Shown here piece by piece: positions 29,633 through 38,293 of a DNA stretch of 47,045 bases (positions are counted from its first letter, which is position 1; the number at the start of each line of letters is the position of its first letter). The notes under the pieces were generated by a model, which had not been told where the DNA came from, searched no databases, and saw nothing but the letters and a program-made list of their open reading frames with translations. The stretch spans positions 1 through 47,045 of the forward strand of contig JAFMJD010000001.1 of assembly GCA_017853685.1 (NCBI GenBank). Direction: 5' to 3'. Made by a program: the position numbers and the translations under genes. The DNA comes from Actinomycetota bacterium (GTDB lineage Bacteria > Actinomycetota > Acidimicrobiia > Acidimicrobiales > Ilumatobacteraceae).

Positions 29633-30835
29633 ATGGGAGCGCTCGTCGGCAAGCGCATCGTGCTCGGTGTGTCCGGCGGGATTGCTGCGTACAAAGCCAT
29701 CGAGATCTGTCGTCGCCTCGTCGATGCTGGTGCCCATGTGGTGCCGGTGCTCACCAAGGGGGCCGAGCACTTCGTCGGACGCACCACGTTCTCGGCGCTG
29801 GCCTCGGAGCCGGTGCAGTCATCGCTCTGGGACGAAGCAGAGCCCATTCCGCACACTCGGCTCGGTCAGAGCGCCGATCTCGTGCTCGTCGCGCCGGCAA
29901 CGGCCCGTCTCATCGGCGCCTACACCGCAGGCATCTCCTCCGATCTGCTGACCGCCACACTGCTCGCCACCCGCGCCAAGGTGCTCGTGTGCCCGGCGAT
30001 GCATACCGAGATGTGGGAACACCCCGCCGTGCAGGAGAACCTCGCCACCCTGCGCCGTCGTGGCGTGGAAGTCGTGGCTCCGGAATCCGGACGTCTGGCG
30101 GGCGGCGACATCGGCCACGGGCGACTCGCTGCTCCCGAGACCATCGTGGCCGCAGTGGAACGAGCGCTCGTCGAACCCGACCTGCGTGGCCGCACCGTCG
30201 TGGTTACCGCAGGCGGTACCCGTGAGCCCATCGACGCAGTGCGTGTCATCGCCAATCGGTCCTCTGGCAAGCAGGGGTACGCCGTGGCGGCCGAGGCTGC
30301 CGCCCGAGGTGCTCGTGTAGTGCTGGTGAGCACGGTGACACTTCCTGTTCCCCCCGGCGAGGTGCGCGTGGTACCCGTGGAGACAGCCGCCGACATGCAG
30401 GCAGCGGTGCAGGCCGAAGCGCTAGGTGCCGACATCGTGGTCATGGCAGCGGCGGTCGCCGACTTCCGTCCGGTGGCCCCGGCTGCGGGCAAGATCAAGA
30501 AAGACGGCGGGGTTCCCGAGATTCGCCTCGAGCCCACCCCGGACATCCTTGCCGGACTGGGAGCGAACAAGCCTGCTGGTCAGGTACTCGTGGGCTTCGC
30601 CGCAGAAACCTCGGACCTTCACGCAAATGCGTCGTCCAAGCTGGAACGAAAGCGCCTCGACCTGATCGTGGCCAACGACGTGAGCCAGCCCGGGGTGGGG
30701 TTCCACCACGACACCAACGCAGTCACTATCGTTCGTCGTGTCGGAGACCCGATTTCGGTGGGTCTCCGTGGTAAGCGAGAAGTTGCGAAGGCTGTGCTGG
30801 ATGCCGCCGTTGCGCTGCTCGCCCCGCGACAGTGA
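29633..30835 (+). CDS. coaBC: bifunctional phosphopantothenoylcysteine decarboxylase / phosphopantothenate--cysteine ligase
   Basis: The start is ATG 29633 ([17 protein letters not shown]). It also shows PAMHTEMW, and the CoaB half carries [13 protein letters not shown]. The track ORF from 29504 overlaps rpoZ and I reject it. Confidence 0.93.
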   Translation: MGALVGKRIVLGVSGGIAAYKAIEICRRLVDAGAHVVPVLTKGAEHFVGRTTFSALASEPVQSSLWDEAEPIPHTRLGQSADLVLVAPATARLIGAYTAGISSDLLTATLLATRAKVLVCPAMHTEMWEHPAVQENLATLRRRGVEVVAPESGRLAGGDIGHGRLAAPETIVAAVERALVEPDLRGRTVVVTAGGTREPIDAVRVIANRSSGKQGYAVAAEAAARGARVVLVSTVTLPVPPGEVRVVPVETAADMQAAVQAEALGADIVVMAAAVADFRPVAPAAGKIKKDGGVPEIRLEPTPDILAGLGANKPAGQVLVGFAAETSDLHANASSKLERKRLDLIVANDVSQPGVGFHHDTNAVTIVRRVGDPISVGLRGKREVAKAVLDAAVALLAPRQ

Positions 30836-30855
30836 TGTCCCGAGCAGGAGCAAGC

Positions 30856-32049
30856 ATGCGCAAGTACACCTTCACGTCGGAGTCCGTCACCGAAGGACAC
30901 CCCGACAAGATGGCCGATCAGGTCTCCGATGCGGTGCTCGACGCGATTCTCGAACAGGACCCCGAGGGGCGAGTTGCGTGCGAGACCCTGCTGACGACGG
31001 GTCTGTGTGTGGTGGCGGGCGAGATCTCCACCAAGGCCTACGTGGACATCCCGCGGCTGGCCCGCGAGCGGATCAAGTCCATCGGGTACGACAACGCGCT
31101 GTACGGCTTCGACGGAAACACCTGCGGCGTGATTGTGTCGATCGACGAGCAGAGTCGTGATATCGCCCAGGGTGTGGATCGCTCCGAAGAGACCCGCGTG
31201 GGCAAGAGCGGTGAGGACCTCATCAACGCGCAGGGCGCGGGTGATCAGGGAATGATGTTCGGTTATGCGTGTGACGAGACGCCCGATCTCATGCCGTTGC
31301 CGATCTGGCTCGCGCATCGTCTGGCCGAACAGTTGACCGAGGTGCGAAAGAGCGGCGCGATTCCGTACCTCCGCCCCGACGGCAAGACTCAGGTGACCTT
31401 CGACTACGAAGACGGCCGACCGGTTCGCCTCCGCACGGTGTTGATCTCCACCCAGCACGCGCCGGGCATCGACCGTGACACGGTGATCCGTCCTGATCTG
31501 ATCGAGCAGGTCATCACCCCGATGGTGCCCGAGGCGTATCGGGGCGACGGCTTCGCGGTGTACGTCAACCCCACCGGCGTGTTCGAAAAGGGTGGACCCC
31601 ACGCCGACACTGGTCTCACGGGCCGCAAGATCATCGTGGACACCTACGGCGGTATGGGTCGCCACGGCGGTGGTGCATTCAGCGGCAAGGATCCGTCGAA
31701 GGTAGACCGTTCGGCTGCGTACGCCGCGCGGTGGGTTGCCAAGCACGTGGTGGCATCGGGTGCGGCACAGCGTTGCGAAGTGCAGGTTGCCTACGCCATC
31801 GGCATGGCCCGCCCGATCTCGGTGCTTGTCGAGACATTCGGTACCGAGCGCGTGGGCGTCGAGCGCATCGAGCAGGCAGTTGGCGAGGTGTTCGATCTGC
31901 GCCCGGCAGCGATCGTGCGCGACCTCGACCTCAAGCGTCCGATCTATGCCAACACCGCGGCCTACGGACACTTCGGACGGAACCTGCCCACCTTCACGTG
32001 GGAGCACCTGAGCCGACTCGACGCGTTCAAGGCCGCAGTCGGCGGGTGA
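30856..32049 (+). CDS. metK: S-adenosylmethionine synthase
   Basis: ATG 30856 is preceded by GGAG at 30847-30850. It shows [25 protein letters not shown] and [16 protein letters not shown]. Confidence 0.96.
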   Translation: MRKYTFTSESVTEGHPDKMADQVSDAVLDAILEQDPEGRVACETLLTTGLCVVAGEISTKAYVDIPRLARERIKSIGYDNALYGFDGNTCGVIVSIDEQSRDIAQGVDRSEETRVGKSGEDLINAQGAGDQGMMFGYACDETPDLMPLPIWLAHRLAEQLTEVRKSGAIPYLRPDGKTQVTFDYEDGRPVRLRTVLISTQHAPGIDRDTVIRPDLIEQVITPMVPEAYRGDGFAVYVNPTGVFEKGGPHADTGLTGRKIIVDTYGGMGRHGGGAFSGKDPSKVDRSAAYAARWVAKHVVASGAAQRCEVQVAYAIGMARPISVLVETFGTERVGVERIEQAVGEVFDLRPAAIVRDLDLKRPIYANTAAYGHFGRNLPTFTWEHLSRLDAFKAAVGG

Positions 32050-33776
32050 GTGACGGGGCGCTCATCGCCCGTGTCGTGCCCGATGTGACGGGTCTCGACA
32101 AGCAGTTCGACTATCTCGTGCCCCAATTCTTGCTGGGCCGCGTGCACGTGGGTTCGCTCGTACGAGTACCGCTCGGTCCGCGTCGTGTTCGTGGTTGGGT
32201 GGTGGAACTCGACACGGGGCCCACCGAGTCGTTGCGTCCCATTGCCGCGGTGCTCGGTGTAGGCCCGTCGCCCGAGGTGGTGTCGCTCGCGGCGTGGGCA
32301 GCACACCGATGGTGCGGCCGGATGCGTTCGGTGCTCAAGTCTGCTTCTGCGGCCACCTTGGTTCCCTCGGTGGTACGTCCGTCACGTGGCTCGGGCCGAG
32401 TGGACAGCGGAGTTACGCAGGTGGACTCGTGGCCACCGACGGGGGTGCACCGGATTGCGCCGTGCGCAGATCGCCTCGCCCTGATCCTCTCTGCAGCGTC
32501 TCGGGGCCCCATCATCGTGTGTACGCCATCGATCGATGACGCAGCACGTCTCGATGCGAGGCTTCGTCGACGTGGACTGCGCGTTGCAGTGATGCCGCGA
32601 GACTGGGCGGTAGCGGCAGGTGGCTGCGATGTGGTGGTGGGTTCCCGCACGGCAGTGTGGGCCCCCTGTCCCGACCTTGCAGGCATCGTCGTGCTCGACG
32701 AGCACGACGAGACCCTGCAGGAGGAGCGTTCACCCACCTGGCACGCGCGCGATGTGGCGATCGAGCGCGCGAGACGCGCGGGCGTGCCGTGCTGGCTCGT
32801 GTCGCCGTCGCCGTCGTTGGAGGCCATCGAATGGGCTGGAGGCGTGGTTCATCATCCGAGCCGATTGGATGAGCGCGCCGGTTGGCCGCTGGTGGAGGCG
32901 GTGGATCTCGGCGCCGGCGACGCACCGATCTCCACGATGGTTACTCGATCCTTGCTCGACGCGGCTCGCGAACCGGACCGTCGGGTGGTGATGGTGCTCA
33001 ACACCAAGGGCCGAGCGCGGCGCCTCGTCTGCAAGGCCTGTTCGCAACGCGCTCGATGCGAGCGCTGTGGGGCCGCCGTCTCGCTGGACAGCGCCGGTGT
33101 GCTGCACTGCGCGCGATGTCAGGCGACTCGCCCGCCGGTGTGTGCCTCGTGTGGTTCCACCCGCCTCGTGTCGGTCGGCCTCGGCATCAGCCGACTGAGA
33201 GACGACCTCGAGGCCGCACTCAAGCGGCCGGTGCTCGAGGTCTCGGCCCAGACCCCGGACGAGATCGTGGAATCGGCTCCCGAGGCGACGGTGTTCATCG
33301 GCACCGAAGCAGTGCTCCATCGCGTACGTCGCGCCGATGCGGTGGTGTTCCTCGATTTCGACGACGAGTTGCTTGCGCCGCGCTTTCGTGCGCACGAACA
33401 AGCCATGACGCTCCTGATTCGTGCAGCCCGTCTCGTGGGTCCTCGAGCACAGGGCGGTCGTGTGCTCGTGCAGACGCGGCATCCCGATCACGAGGTGCTC
33501 GTGGCAGCCCTGCATGCGGACACAGAGCGCTGGAGTGTTGCCGAGCGGGATCGGCGTCGCTTGCTGGACCTTCCGCCCGAGTGTGCGCTCGCGCGTGTCA
33601 GCGGTGAGGGAGCGAGCAGTTGGTTGGCCGGACTCGACCAGGCTGTGGTGTTCGGATCATCGAGCGCCGGGTGGCTCCTGCGTGCAGGAGACGCAGACAC
33701 CCTCGCCGACATGCTCGCAGCACTGGGCCCGAGGCCCGCCGATGTGCGCGTGCACGTGGATCCACACCGGGTCTGA
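32046..33776 (+). CDS. priA: primosomal protein N' (PriA) homologue with degenerate ATPase motifs
   Basis: GTG 32046 forms a GTGA overlap with the metK stop. The DExH box [12 protein letters not shown] and the Cys-rich zinc region ([43 protein letters not shown]) are present. There is no GxxxxGK[ST] anywhere in the 576 aa. Confidence 0.85.
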   Translation: MSDGALIARVVPDVTGLDKQFDYLVPQFLLGRVHVGSLVRVPLGPRRVRGWVVELDTGPTESLRPIAAVLGVGPSPEVVSLAAWAAHRWCGRMRSVLKSASAATLVPSVVRPSRGSGRVDSGVTQVDSWPPTGVHRIAPCADRLALILSAASRGPIIVCTPSIDDAARLDARLRRRGLRVAVMPRDWAVAAGGCDVVVGSRTAVWAPCPDLAGIVVLDEHDETLQEERSPTWHARDVAIERARRAGVPCWLVSPSPSLEAIEWAGGVVHHPSRLDERAGWPLVEAVDLGAGDAPISTMVTRSLLDAAREPDRRVVMVLNTKGRARRLVCKACSQRARCERCGAAVSLDSAGVLHCARCQATRPPVCASCGSTRLVSVGLGISRLRDDLEAALKRPVLEVSAQTPDEIVESAPEATVFIGTEAVLHRVRRADAVVFLDFDDELLAPRFRAHEQAMTLLIRAARLVGPRAQGGRVLVQTRHPDHEVLVAALHADTERWSVAERDRRRLLDLPPECALARVSGEGASSWLAGLDQAVVFGSSSAGWLLRAGDADTLADMLAALGPRPADVRVHVDPHRV

Positions 33777-33794
33777 CACCCGGGGGTGTCAGAC
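33771..33794. terminator. perfect 10-bp palindromic hairpin spanning both convergent stop codons (priA / P450)
   Basis: GTCTGACACC-CGGG-GGTGTCAGAC. The priA TGA (33774-33776) lies in the left arm, and the P450 TGA (complement of 33789-33791) lies in the right arm. There is no U-tract. Confidence 0.55.
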
Positions 33795-35078
33795 CGAGGC
33801 GCGAACGCGCGGTGTGAAGGTGACCGGGAGTTCCTTCAGACCGTGCAGCACGTAGCTCGGCTCGTACTCGAGGTTCGCTGTGGGCGCGAGTGCGAGGTTG
33901 TCGAGTCGCTCGAGCAGAGTCTCGATGGCTATCCGGCCTTCGGCACGGGCCAGTGCTGCTCCGAGGCAGTAGTGCTCACCGTGTCCGAACGCTAGGTGCT
34001 TCATCGCGTTCGAACGGCACGGGTCGGCGGCCTCGGGATCGGGGAACTGTGACTCGTCGTAGTTCCCTGACGCGTACACCACCATGAGGTGCGAACCGGC
34101 AGGAATCTTCACCCCGCTGATCTCGGTGTCCTCCACCGCAGTGCGGAACAAACCCTGCACCGGTGCCTCGAGTCGCAGTGCTTCCTCTACGTATCCGGCA
34201 ATCAGCGACGGATCGTTGCGCAGACGCTCCATGAGTTCCGGGCGTTCCATGAGGATCCGCACCGACGATGCAATGAGCTTGGTGGTGGTCTCGTTGCCGG
34301 CCACGAGGAACTGGTTGAACATCCCGAGCATCTCGTTCACCGAGAGGGGCTGGCCGTCGAGCTCGGCATGCACCACGTCGGAGATCAGGTCGTCACGGCG
34401 ATTCGCACGGCGCTCCTCGATCTTCCTGGCGAAGTACTCGAAGAACTCGCCCTGACTGAGCACGAGCGACTTCAGCTGCTCTTTCGACATGTTGTGGTTG
34501 CCGATCGCCGCAACGAAGTCGTCGGACCAATCCTTGAACTTCGGCAGCTCATCATCGGCCACGCCGAGGCTCTCGGCGATGATCGTGAGGGGCAGGAGTA
34601 CACCGTACTCATGCACCAGTTCAGCCGAGCCCCGGTCGATGAAGGCATCGACGAGGTTGTTGGCCACCTCACGAATACGCGGCTCGAGAGCTTTCACCTT
34701 CGGCGGTGTGAAGGCGCGGTTCACGAGCTTGCGCTGACGACCGTGGTCCGGCGGGTCGGCCCCGAGGAGCACACGCACCTGACCACCGCGCTGATTCATC
34801 ATCTGGGCGCCGAATTCGGGATCTTCCGACGCCAGTGTCATGAGTGTCTCCATCATCTGGCGAGCCAGCACCGGACCGGTGGGCATGATGGAGGAAAAGA
34901 TCTCCGGGTGACGAGAAATGTGTGCGATGTCGTCGTACCGCGACACCACGAAACTCTCGATCTCGGGAACAAAGGTGACGGGCGAGTCCGTGCGGAGCTG
35001 TTCGAAGAACGGATACGGGCACTTGAGGGCCTCGGGATCCAGGTGGATGAGCCGGGTCAGATCGTGATGGTTCCCCAT
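33789..35078 (-). CDS. cytochrome P450
   Basis: 429 aa from ATG 35078. It has the I-helix AGNETT, the ExxR motif EEALRLE, and the heme-thiolate loop FGHGEHYCLGAALA. The 515-aa track ORF adds an R/P/S-rich non-coding-like N-terminus. Confidence 0.92.
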   Translation of the reverse strand: MGNHHDLTRLIHLDPEALKCPYPFFEQLRTDSPVTFVPEIESFVVSRYDDIAHISRHPEIFSSIMPTGPVLARQMMETLMTLASEDPEFGAQMMNQRGGQVRVLLGADPPDHGRQRKLVNRAFTPPKVKALEPRIREVANNLVDAFIDRGSAELVHEYGVLLPLTIIAESLGVADDELPKFKDWSDDFVAAIGNHNMSKEQLKSLVLSQGEFFEYFARKIEERRANRRDDLISDVVHAELDGQPLSVNEMLGMFNQFLVAGNETTTKLIASSVRILMERPELMERLRNDPSLIAGYVEEALRLEAPVQGLFRTAVEDTEISGVKIPAGSHLMVVYASGNYDESQFPDPEAADPCRSNAMKHLAFGHGEHYCLGAALARAEGRIAIETLLERLDNLALAPTANLEYEPSYVLHGLKELPVTFTPRVRASV

Positions 35079-35084
35079 GGGGCC

Positions 35085-35090
35085 ATCGTA
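35085..35090 (-). promoter_or_regulatory. candidate -10 hexamer TACGAT (minus strand), 6 nt upstream of the P450 ATG
   Basis: The minus strand reads TACGAT-ggcccc-ATG(35078). Confidence 0.4.
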
Positions 35091-35111
35091 GAGCGGGACC
35101 GGGGTGGCCGG

Positions 35112-35117
35112 TACTGT
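35112..35117 (+). promoter_or_regulatory. candidate -10 hexamer TACTGT, 7 nt upstream of the SDR ATG
   Basis: TACTGT-tcgggcg-ATG(35125). Confidence 0.4.
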
Positions 35118-35124
35118 TCGGGCG

Positions 35125-35922
35125 ATGGGGATCAGTGAACTCTTTCGCCTCGACGGTCTTGCTGCCGTGGTCACGGGCTCGGGCCAGGGGATCGGCCGGG
35201 GAATCGCACTCGGCCTGGCCGAAGCGGGCGCCGATGTGGTGGTGAGTGCCCGACGGATGTCGGATCTGCGGGAGACGGCGGCGTTGATCGAAGGCGCCGG
35301 TCGTCGGGCGGTGATCGTGGAGGGCGATGTTCGCACGCCGGGGATGAATGATCGACTTGCCGCGGCAGCAGTCGAGGCCTTCGGTCATCTGGACATCTGG
35401 GTGAACAACGTGGGTGGCTCCACCGACAAGACCACGTACACCCTCAGCGAGACCTCCGAGGACTATTGGCGCGAGATGATCGAGCTGAACCTCACTGCAG
35501 CGTTCCTCGGTGCCCGTGCAGCGGCGCAACGCATGGCCGACGGTGGTGTCATCATCAACATCGCTTCGGGCGCGGGGATGCGAGGGTCACCGCGCACTGG
35601 CGCATACGCGGCGGCCAAGGCCGGCATGATCAACCTCACCCAGACCCTCGCGATCGAGCTGGCGCCCAGAGTCCGGGTCAACACCGTGTCACCGGGCCAG
35701 GTGCCCACCGAGGCCTTCTCAGAGGTGTTGAAGATGGGTGGCGACGACACCCTTCGTGCACTCGCCGAGGCGACCCCGCTCAAGCGCCTCGGTACACCCC
35801 AAGACATCGCCGCTGCCGTGGTGTATCTCGCGTCGCCCGCTGCGTCGTGGGTGACGGGGGAGAACTTGCTCGTGGCCGGTGGGCGGCGCGAGCGGGGCGG
35901 GAACGTTCAGCGCTACGGCTGA
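35125..35922 (+). CDS. short-chain dehydrogenase/reductase (classical SDR)
   Basis: It has the TGSGQGIGRG cofactor motif, NNVG, and a catalytic YAAAK. I place the start at ATG 35125. The track gives GTG 35104. Confidence 0.88.
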   Translation: MGISELFRLDGLAAVVTGSGQGIGRGIALGLAEAGADVVVSARRMSDLRETAALIEGAGRRAVIVEGDVRTPGMNDRLAAAAVEAFGHLDIWVNNVGGSTDKTTYTLSETSEDYWREMIELNLTAAFLGARAAAQRMADGGVIINIASGAGMRGSPRTGAYAAAKAGMINLTQTLAIELAPRVRVNTVSPGQVPTEAFSEVLKMGGDDTLRALAEATPLKRLGTPQDIAAAVVYLASPAASWVTGENLLVAGGRRERGGNVQRYG

Positions 35923-36512
35923 GCCACGCGCAGTAGTCGATACCCGGCACGGGACCCGAGCCGATCGGTAGGCCAACCCTGTTCCGTGAGCCAACGCGCC
36001 AGTGAGTCCGAGCCGAGATGTTTGCTCACCACCAGTACCGCGATGCCGTGTGGGTGCAGTCGTGGCAGCCAGCGCAGCAGCAGTTCGTGCAAGGCGGGCT
36101 TTCCGATACGAATCGGCGGATTGGACCAGATCACGTCGAAGGCGACGGTGTCGGGCACCGCTTCGGGGGAGCAGACCTCGACGTTCGTGCTTCCCGCTCG
36201 ATCGGCATTGAAGCGAGCCAGGTCTCGCGCCCGACTGTTGACGTCCACAGCCCACACCCTCGCGGCGGGTCGGCGCAGCGCCATGGTGAGTGCGATCGGT
36301 CCGCTCCCGCAGCCGAGGTCCAGAAAGTTGCCGGTGGCGGGGAGCGAAGGAGCCTGATCGAGGAGGAAACGCGTTCCGGTGTCGAGTCCGCCTCGGGCGA
36401 ACACGCCGCGATCGGTGCGGAGCACGAATCGAAGATCGTGCAGCGCGACATCGATGTCCAGTGGCGATGAGGCCACCTCGGGCGATTCGCCGAAGTACTG
36501 CGAGTCGGACAT
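35913..36512 (-). CDS. class I SAM-dependent methyltransferase (MTS / RsmC-RsmD-like small domain)
   Basis: It has motif I DLGCGSGPIAL and motif IV IWSNPPIRIGK. The start is ATG 36512, or alternatively GTG 36542, which would overlap the def start. Its 3' end overlaps the SDR 3' end by 10 nt. Confidence 0.8.
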   Translation of the reverse strand: MSDSQYFGESPEVASSPLDIDVALHDLRFVLRTDRGVFARGGLDTGTRFLLDQAPSLPATGNFLDLGCGSGPIALTMALRRPAARVWAVDVNSRARDLARFNADRAGSTNVEVCSPEAVPDTVAFDVIWSNPPIRIGKPALHELLLRWLPRLHPHGIAVLVVSKHLGSDSLARWLTEQGWPTDRLGSRAGYRLLRVAQP

Positions 36513-36521
36513 GGGTATCGG

Positions 36522-36527
36522 TAGCCT
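36522..36527 (+). promoter_or_regulatory. candidate -10 hexamer TAGCCT, 8 nt upstream of the def ATG
   Basis: TAGCCT-tgcaggtg-ATG(36536). Confidence 0.35.
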
Positions 36528-36535
36528 TGCAGGTG

Positions 36536-37060
36536 ATGGCACGCGAAATACGTCTCTTCGGCGACCCGGTACTCAAGGCGCCGGCCGCAGAGATCACCAA
36601 CGTCGACGACAAGTTGGTGCGTCTGGTGCGCGAGATGTTCGAGACCATGTACGAGGCGCCGGGTATCGGTCTTGCCGCCCCGCAGGTGGGTGTGCAGAAG
36701 CAGTTGTTCGTGTACGACAACGACGGCACCGCCGGCACCATCATCAACCCGACGGTCAAAGAGAGCAGCGGCGAGTGGGTGTTCGACGAGGGGTGCTTGT
36801 CCATCCCCGGGCTGTACGTGGAGATCGTGCGGCCGAAGAACATCTTGGTGCACGGCTGGGACCTCGACGGCAACGAACTCGAGTTCGAGGCCGATGAACT
36901 CTGGGCCCGGCTGATCCAACACGAGTTGGACCACCTGCACGGCGTGCTGATGTTCGACCGGATGACCCCCGAGCAGCGCAAGGAAGCGATGGTGGAGTAC
37001 CGCCGCATCCAGCAAGAGCCCGCCGCTCCGAGGCGCCCGCGGCGTCTGCGTCTGTCGTGA
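36536..37060 (+). CDS. def: peptide deformylase
   Basis: 174 aa from ATG 36536. It shows GIGLAAPQVG, EGCLSIPG and QHELDHLHG, the three PDF motifs. Confidence 0.95.
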   Translation: MAREIRLFGDPVLKAPAAEITNVDDKLVRLVREMFETMYEAPGIGLAAPQVGVQKQLFVYDNDGTAGTIINPTVKESSGEWVFDEGCLSIPGLYVEIVRPKNILVHGWDLDGNELEFEADELWARLIQHELDHLHGVLMFDRMTPEQRKEAMVEYRRIQQEPAAPRRPRRLRLS

Positions 37061-38001
37061 CCGACACGGCACTCGCCCCGGTGCCGGAGTTCCCGCGGCG
37101 CTTGGTGTACCTCGGTACGCCAGAGATGGCGGTTCCGCCGCTCGAGGCTTTGGTTCGCAACGGTTTCGAGGTCGCCCTCGTGGTGACCGGTGACGACAAG
37201 CGTCGGGGGCGAGGGTCCACCGTGTCGCCGTGTCCGGTGAAGCGTGCGGCGCTCGACCTCGGTTGTGTGGTGAGCCATCGCGTCGAGGACGTGGTGTCGG
37301 TGGGGGCCGACCTCGGCGTGGTGGTGGCCTTCGGCCGGCTCATCCGTCGCCCGGTGCTCGAGCAACTGGCGATGGTGAACATCCACTTCTCGCTCCTGCC
37401 CCGTTGGCGCGGGGCGGCGCCCGTCGAGCGTGCGCTCCTGGCGGGTGACACTGTGACCGGAACATGTCTGATGCAGCTCGAGGAAGGACTCGACACCGGT
37501 CCGGTGTTCGACACCGTGCAGATTCCGATTCGGCCGCGCGCCACCGCGGATGAGTTGCGTCACGAGCTCGTGGAGGCCGGCACCGAACAACTGCTGCGTT
37601 GCCTCTCGGCTGGTCTGCGCAACGCGGCACCTCAGGTGGGCGAACCTACTTATGCGGCCAAGCTCGGCTCGGGCGACCTGCATATCTCGTGGTCGGACCC
37701 GGTGGACGCGATCGACCGCCAGATCCGCGTGGGTGCAGCGTGGACCGAGTTCCGAGGCCGACGAATGCGCATCTGTGCTGCGGCGCCGTCGGGTGAGACC
37801 CGATCCGGGCTTGCGCCGGGCCAACTGGTGGGCTCGTCGGTGGTCTGTGGCGGGGGAGCGTTGTTGGACCTCGACACGGTGCAACCCGAGGGAAAGGGCC
37901 CGATGTCGGCGATTTCTTGGCGAAATGGGGTCCGAATCGCCCCCGACGAGTCGTTCGGTACTTCGGCGCCGGACGAGGCAGGGTCTGAGCGCAGAGGGTA
38001 A
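37057..38001 (+). CDS. fmt: methionyl-tRNA formyltransferase
   Basis: 314 aa. It shows VYLGTPEMAVPPLEAL and NIHFSLLPRWRGAAPVERA. GTGA overlap with def. Confidence 0.94.
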   Translation: MTDTALAPVPEFPRRLVYLGTPEMAVPPLEALVRNGFEVALVVTGDDKRRGRGSTVSPCPVKRAALDLGCVVSHRVEDVVSVGADLGVVVAFGRLIRRPVLEQLAMVNIHFSLLPRWRGAAPVERALLAGDTVTGTCLMQLEEGLDTGPVFDTVQIPIRPRATADELRHELVEAGTEQLLRCLSAGLRNAAPQVGEPTYAAKLGSGDLHISWSDPVDAIDRQIRVGAAWTEFRGRRMRICAAAPSGETRSGLAPGQLVGSSVVCGGGALLDLDTVQPEGKGPMSAISWRNGVRIAPDESFGTSAPDEAGSERRG

Positions 38002-38028
38002 TGACACGGCGGCCCCGGAGCCGAGGGG

Positions 38029-38034
38029 TAGACT
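38029..38034 (+). promoter_or_regulatory. candidate -10 hexamer TAGACT upstream of the 64-aa sORF (leadered)
   Basis: This TANNNT lies 40 nt before GTG 38075, at the edge of a locally AT-rich patch. The only -35-like hexamer (ATGACA at 38002-38007) is 21 nt away, which is too far. Confidence 0.25.
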
Positions 38035-38074
38035 GCAACCCAATGTCAATTCTCTGAAATTCAGGAGCCCTATC

Positions 38075-38269
38075 GTGAAGAAGGGTCGTCATCGCCGCTT
38101 CGAAGAAGCGCGAAAGTTGAAGCAAGCCGGACCGGGCGCATTCGATCTCGGTCTGGGCAGTTCCGATCGGGGCCCGCGTTCCGAGGAGGACAAGTACGCC
38201 GCCCTTGCGGAGAAGTACGGGGTCACCTTCGACGAAGATGACGACGACTCCGAGGACGACGAGGACTGA
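38075..38269 (+). CDS. small hypothetical protein (64 aa) with a basic N-terminus and a poly-acidic C-terminus
   Basis: GTG 38075 is preceded by AGGAG (38063-38067) at 7-nt spacing. The translation is [17 protein letters not shown]...[26 protein letters not shown]. The codons look coding-like, and the ORF fills the fmt-typA gap. Confidence 0.55.
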   Translation: MKKGRHRRFEEARKLKQAGPGAFDLGLGSSDRGPRSEEDKYAALAEKYGVTFDEDDDDSEDDED

Positions 38270-38276
38270 CGTTCCT

Positions 38277-38293
38277 CCGGCCAGCCGGGCCGG
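38277..38293 (+). terminator. weak hairpin CCGGCC-AGCCG-GGCCGG between the sORF and typA
   Basis: A 6-bp stem lies 8 nt after the sORF TGA. There is no U-tract, and its function is uncertain. Confidence 0.2.

Noticed and set aside
32046-33776. priA as a pseudogene.
   Set aside because: The 576-codon frame is uninterrupted and translationally coupled to metK. It keeps the DExH box and the zinc-finger cysteine cluster. The missing P-loop is better described as a degenerate motif than as gene decay.
38002-38034. A full -35/-10 promoter (ATGACA ... TAGACT) for the sORF.
   Set aside because: The two hexamers are 21 nt apart, well beyond the usual 16-18 nt spacing. I keep only the -10 as a low-confidence candidate.
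35719-38049. A 776-aa open frame antisense to the methyltransferase, def and fmt region.
   Set aside because: This is the same high-GC artefact. It spans three independently well-supported genes on both strands, and its translation is low-complexity and R/S/P-rich.
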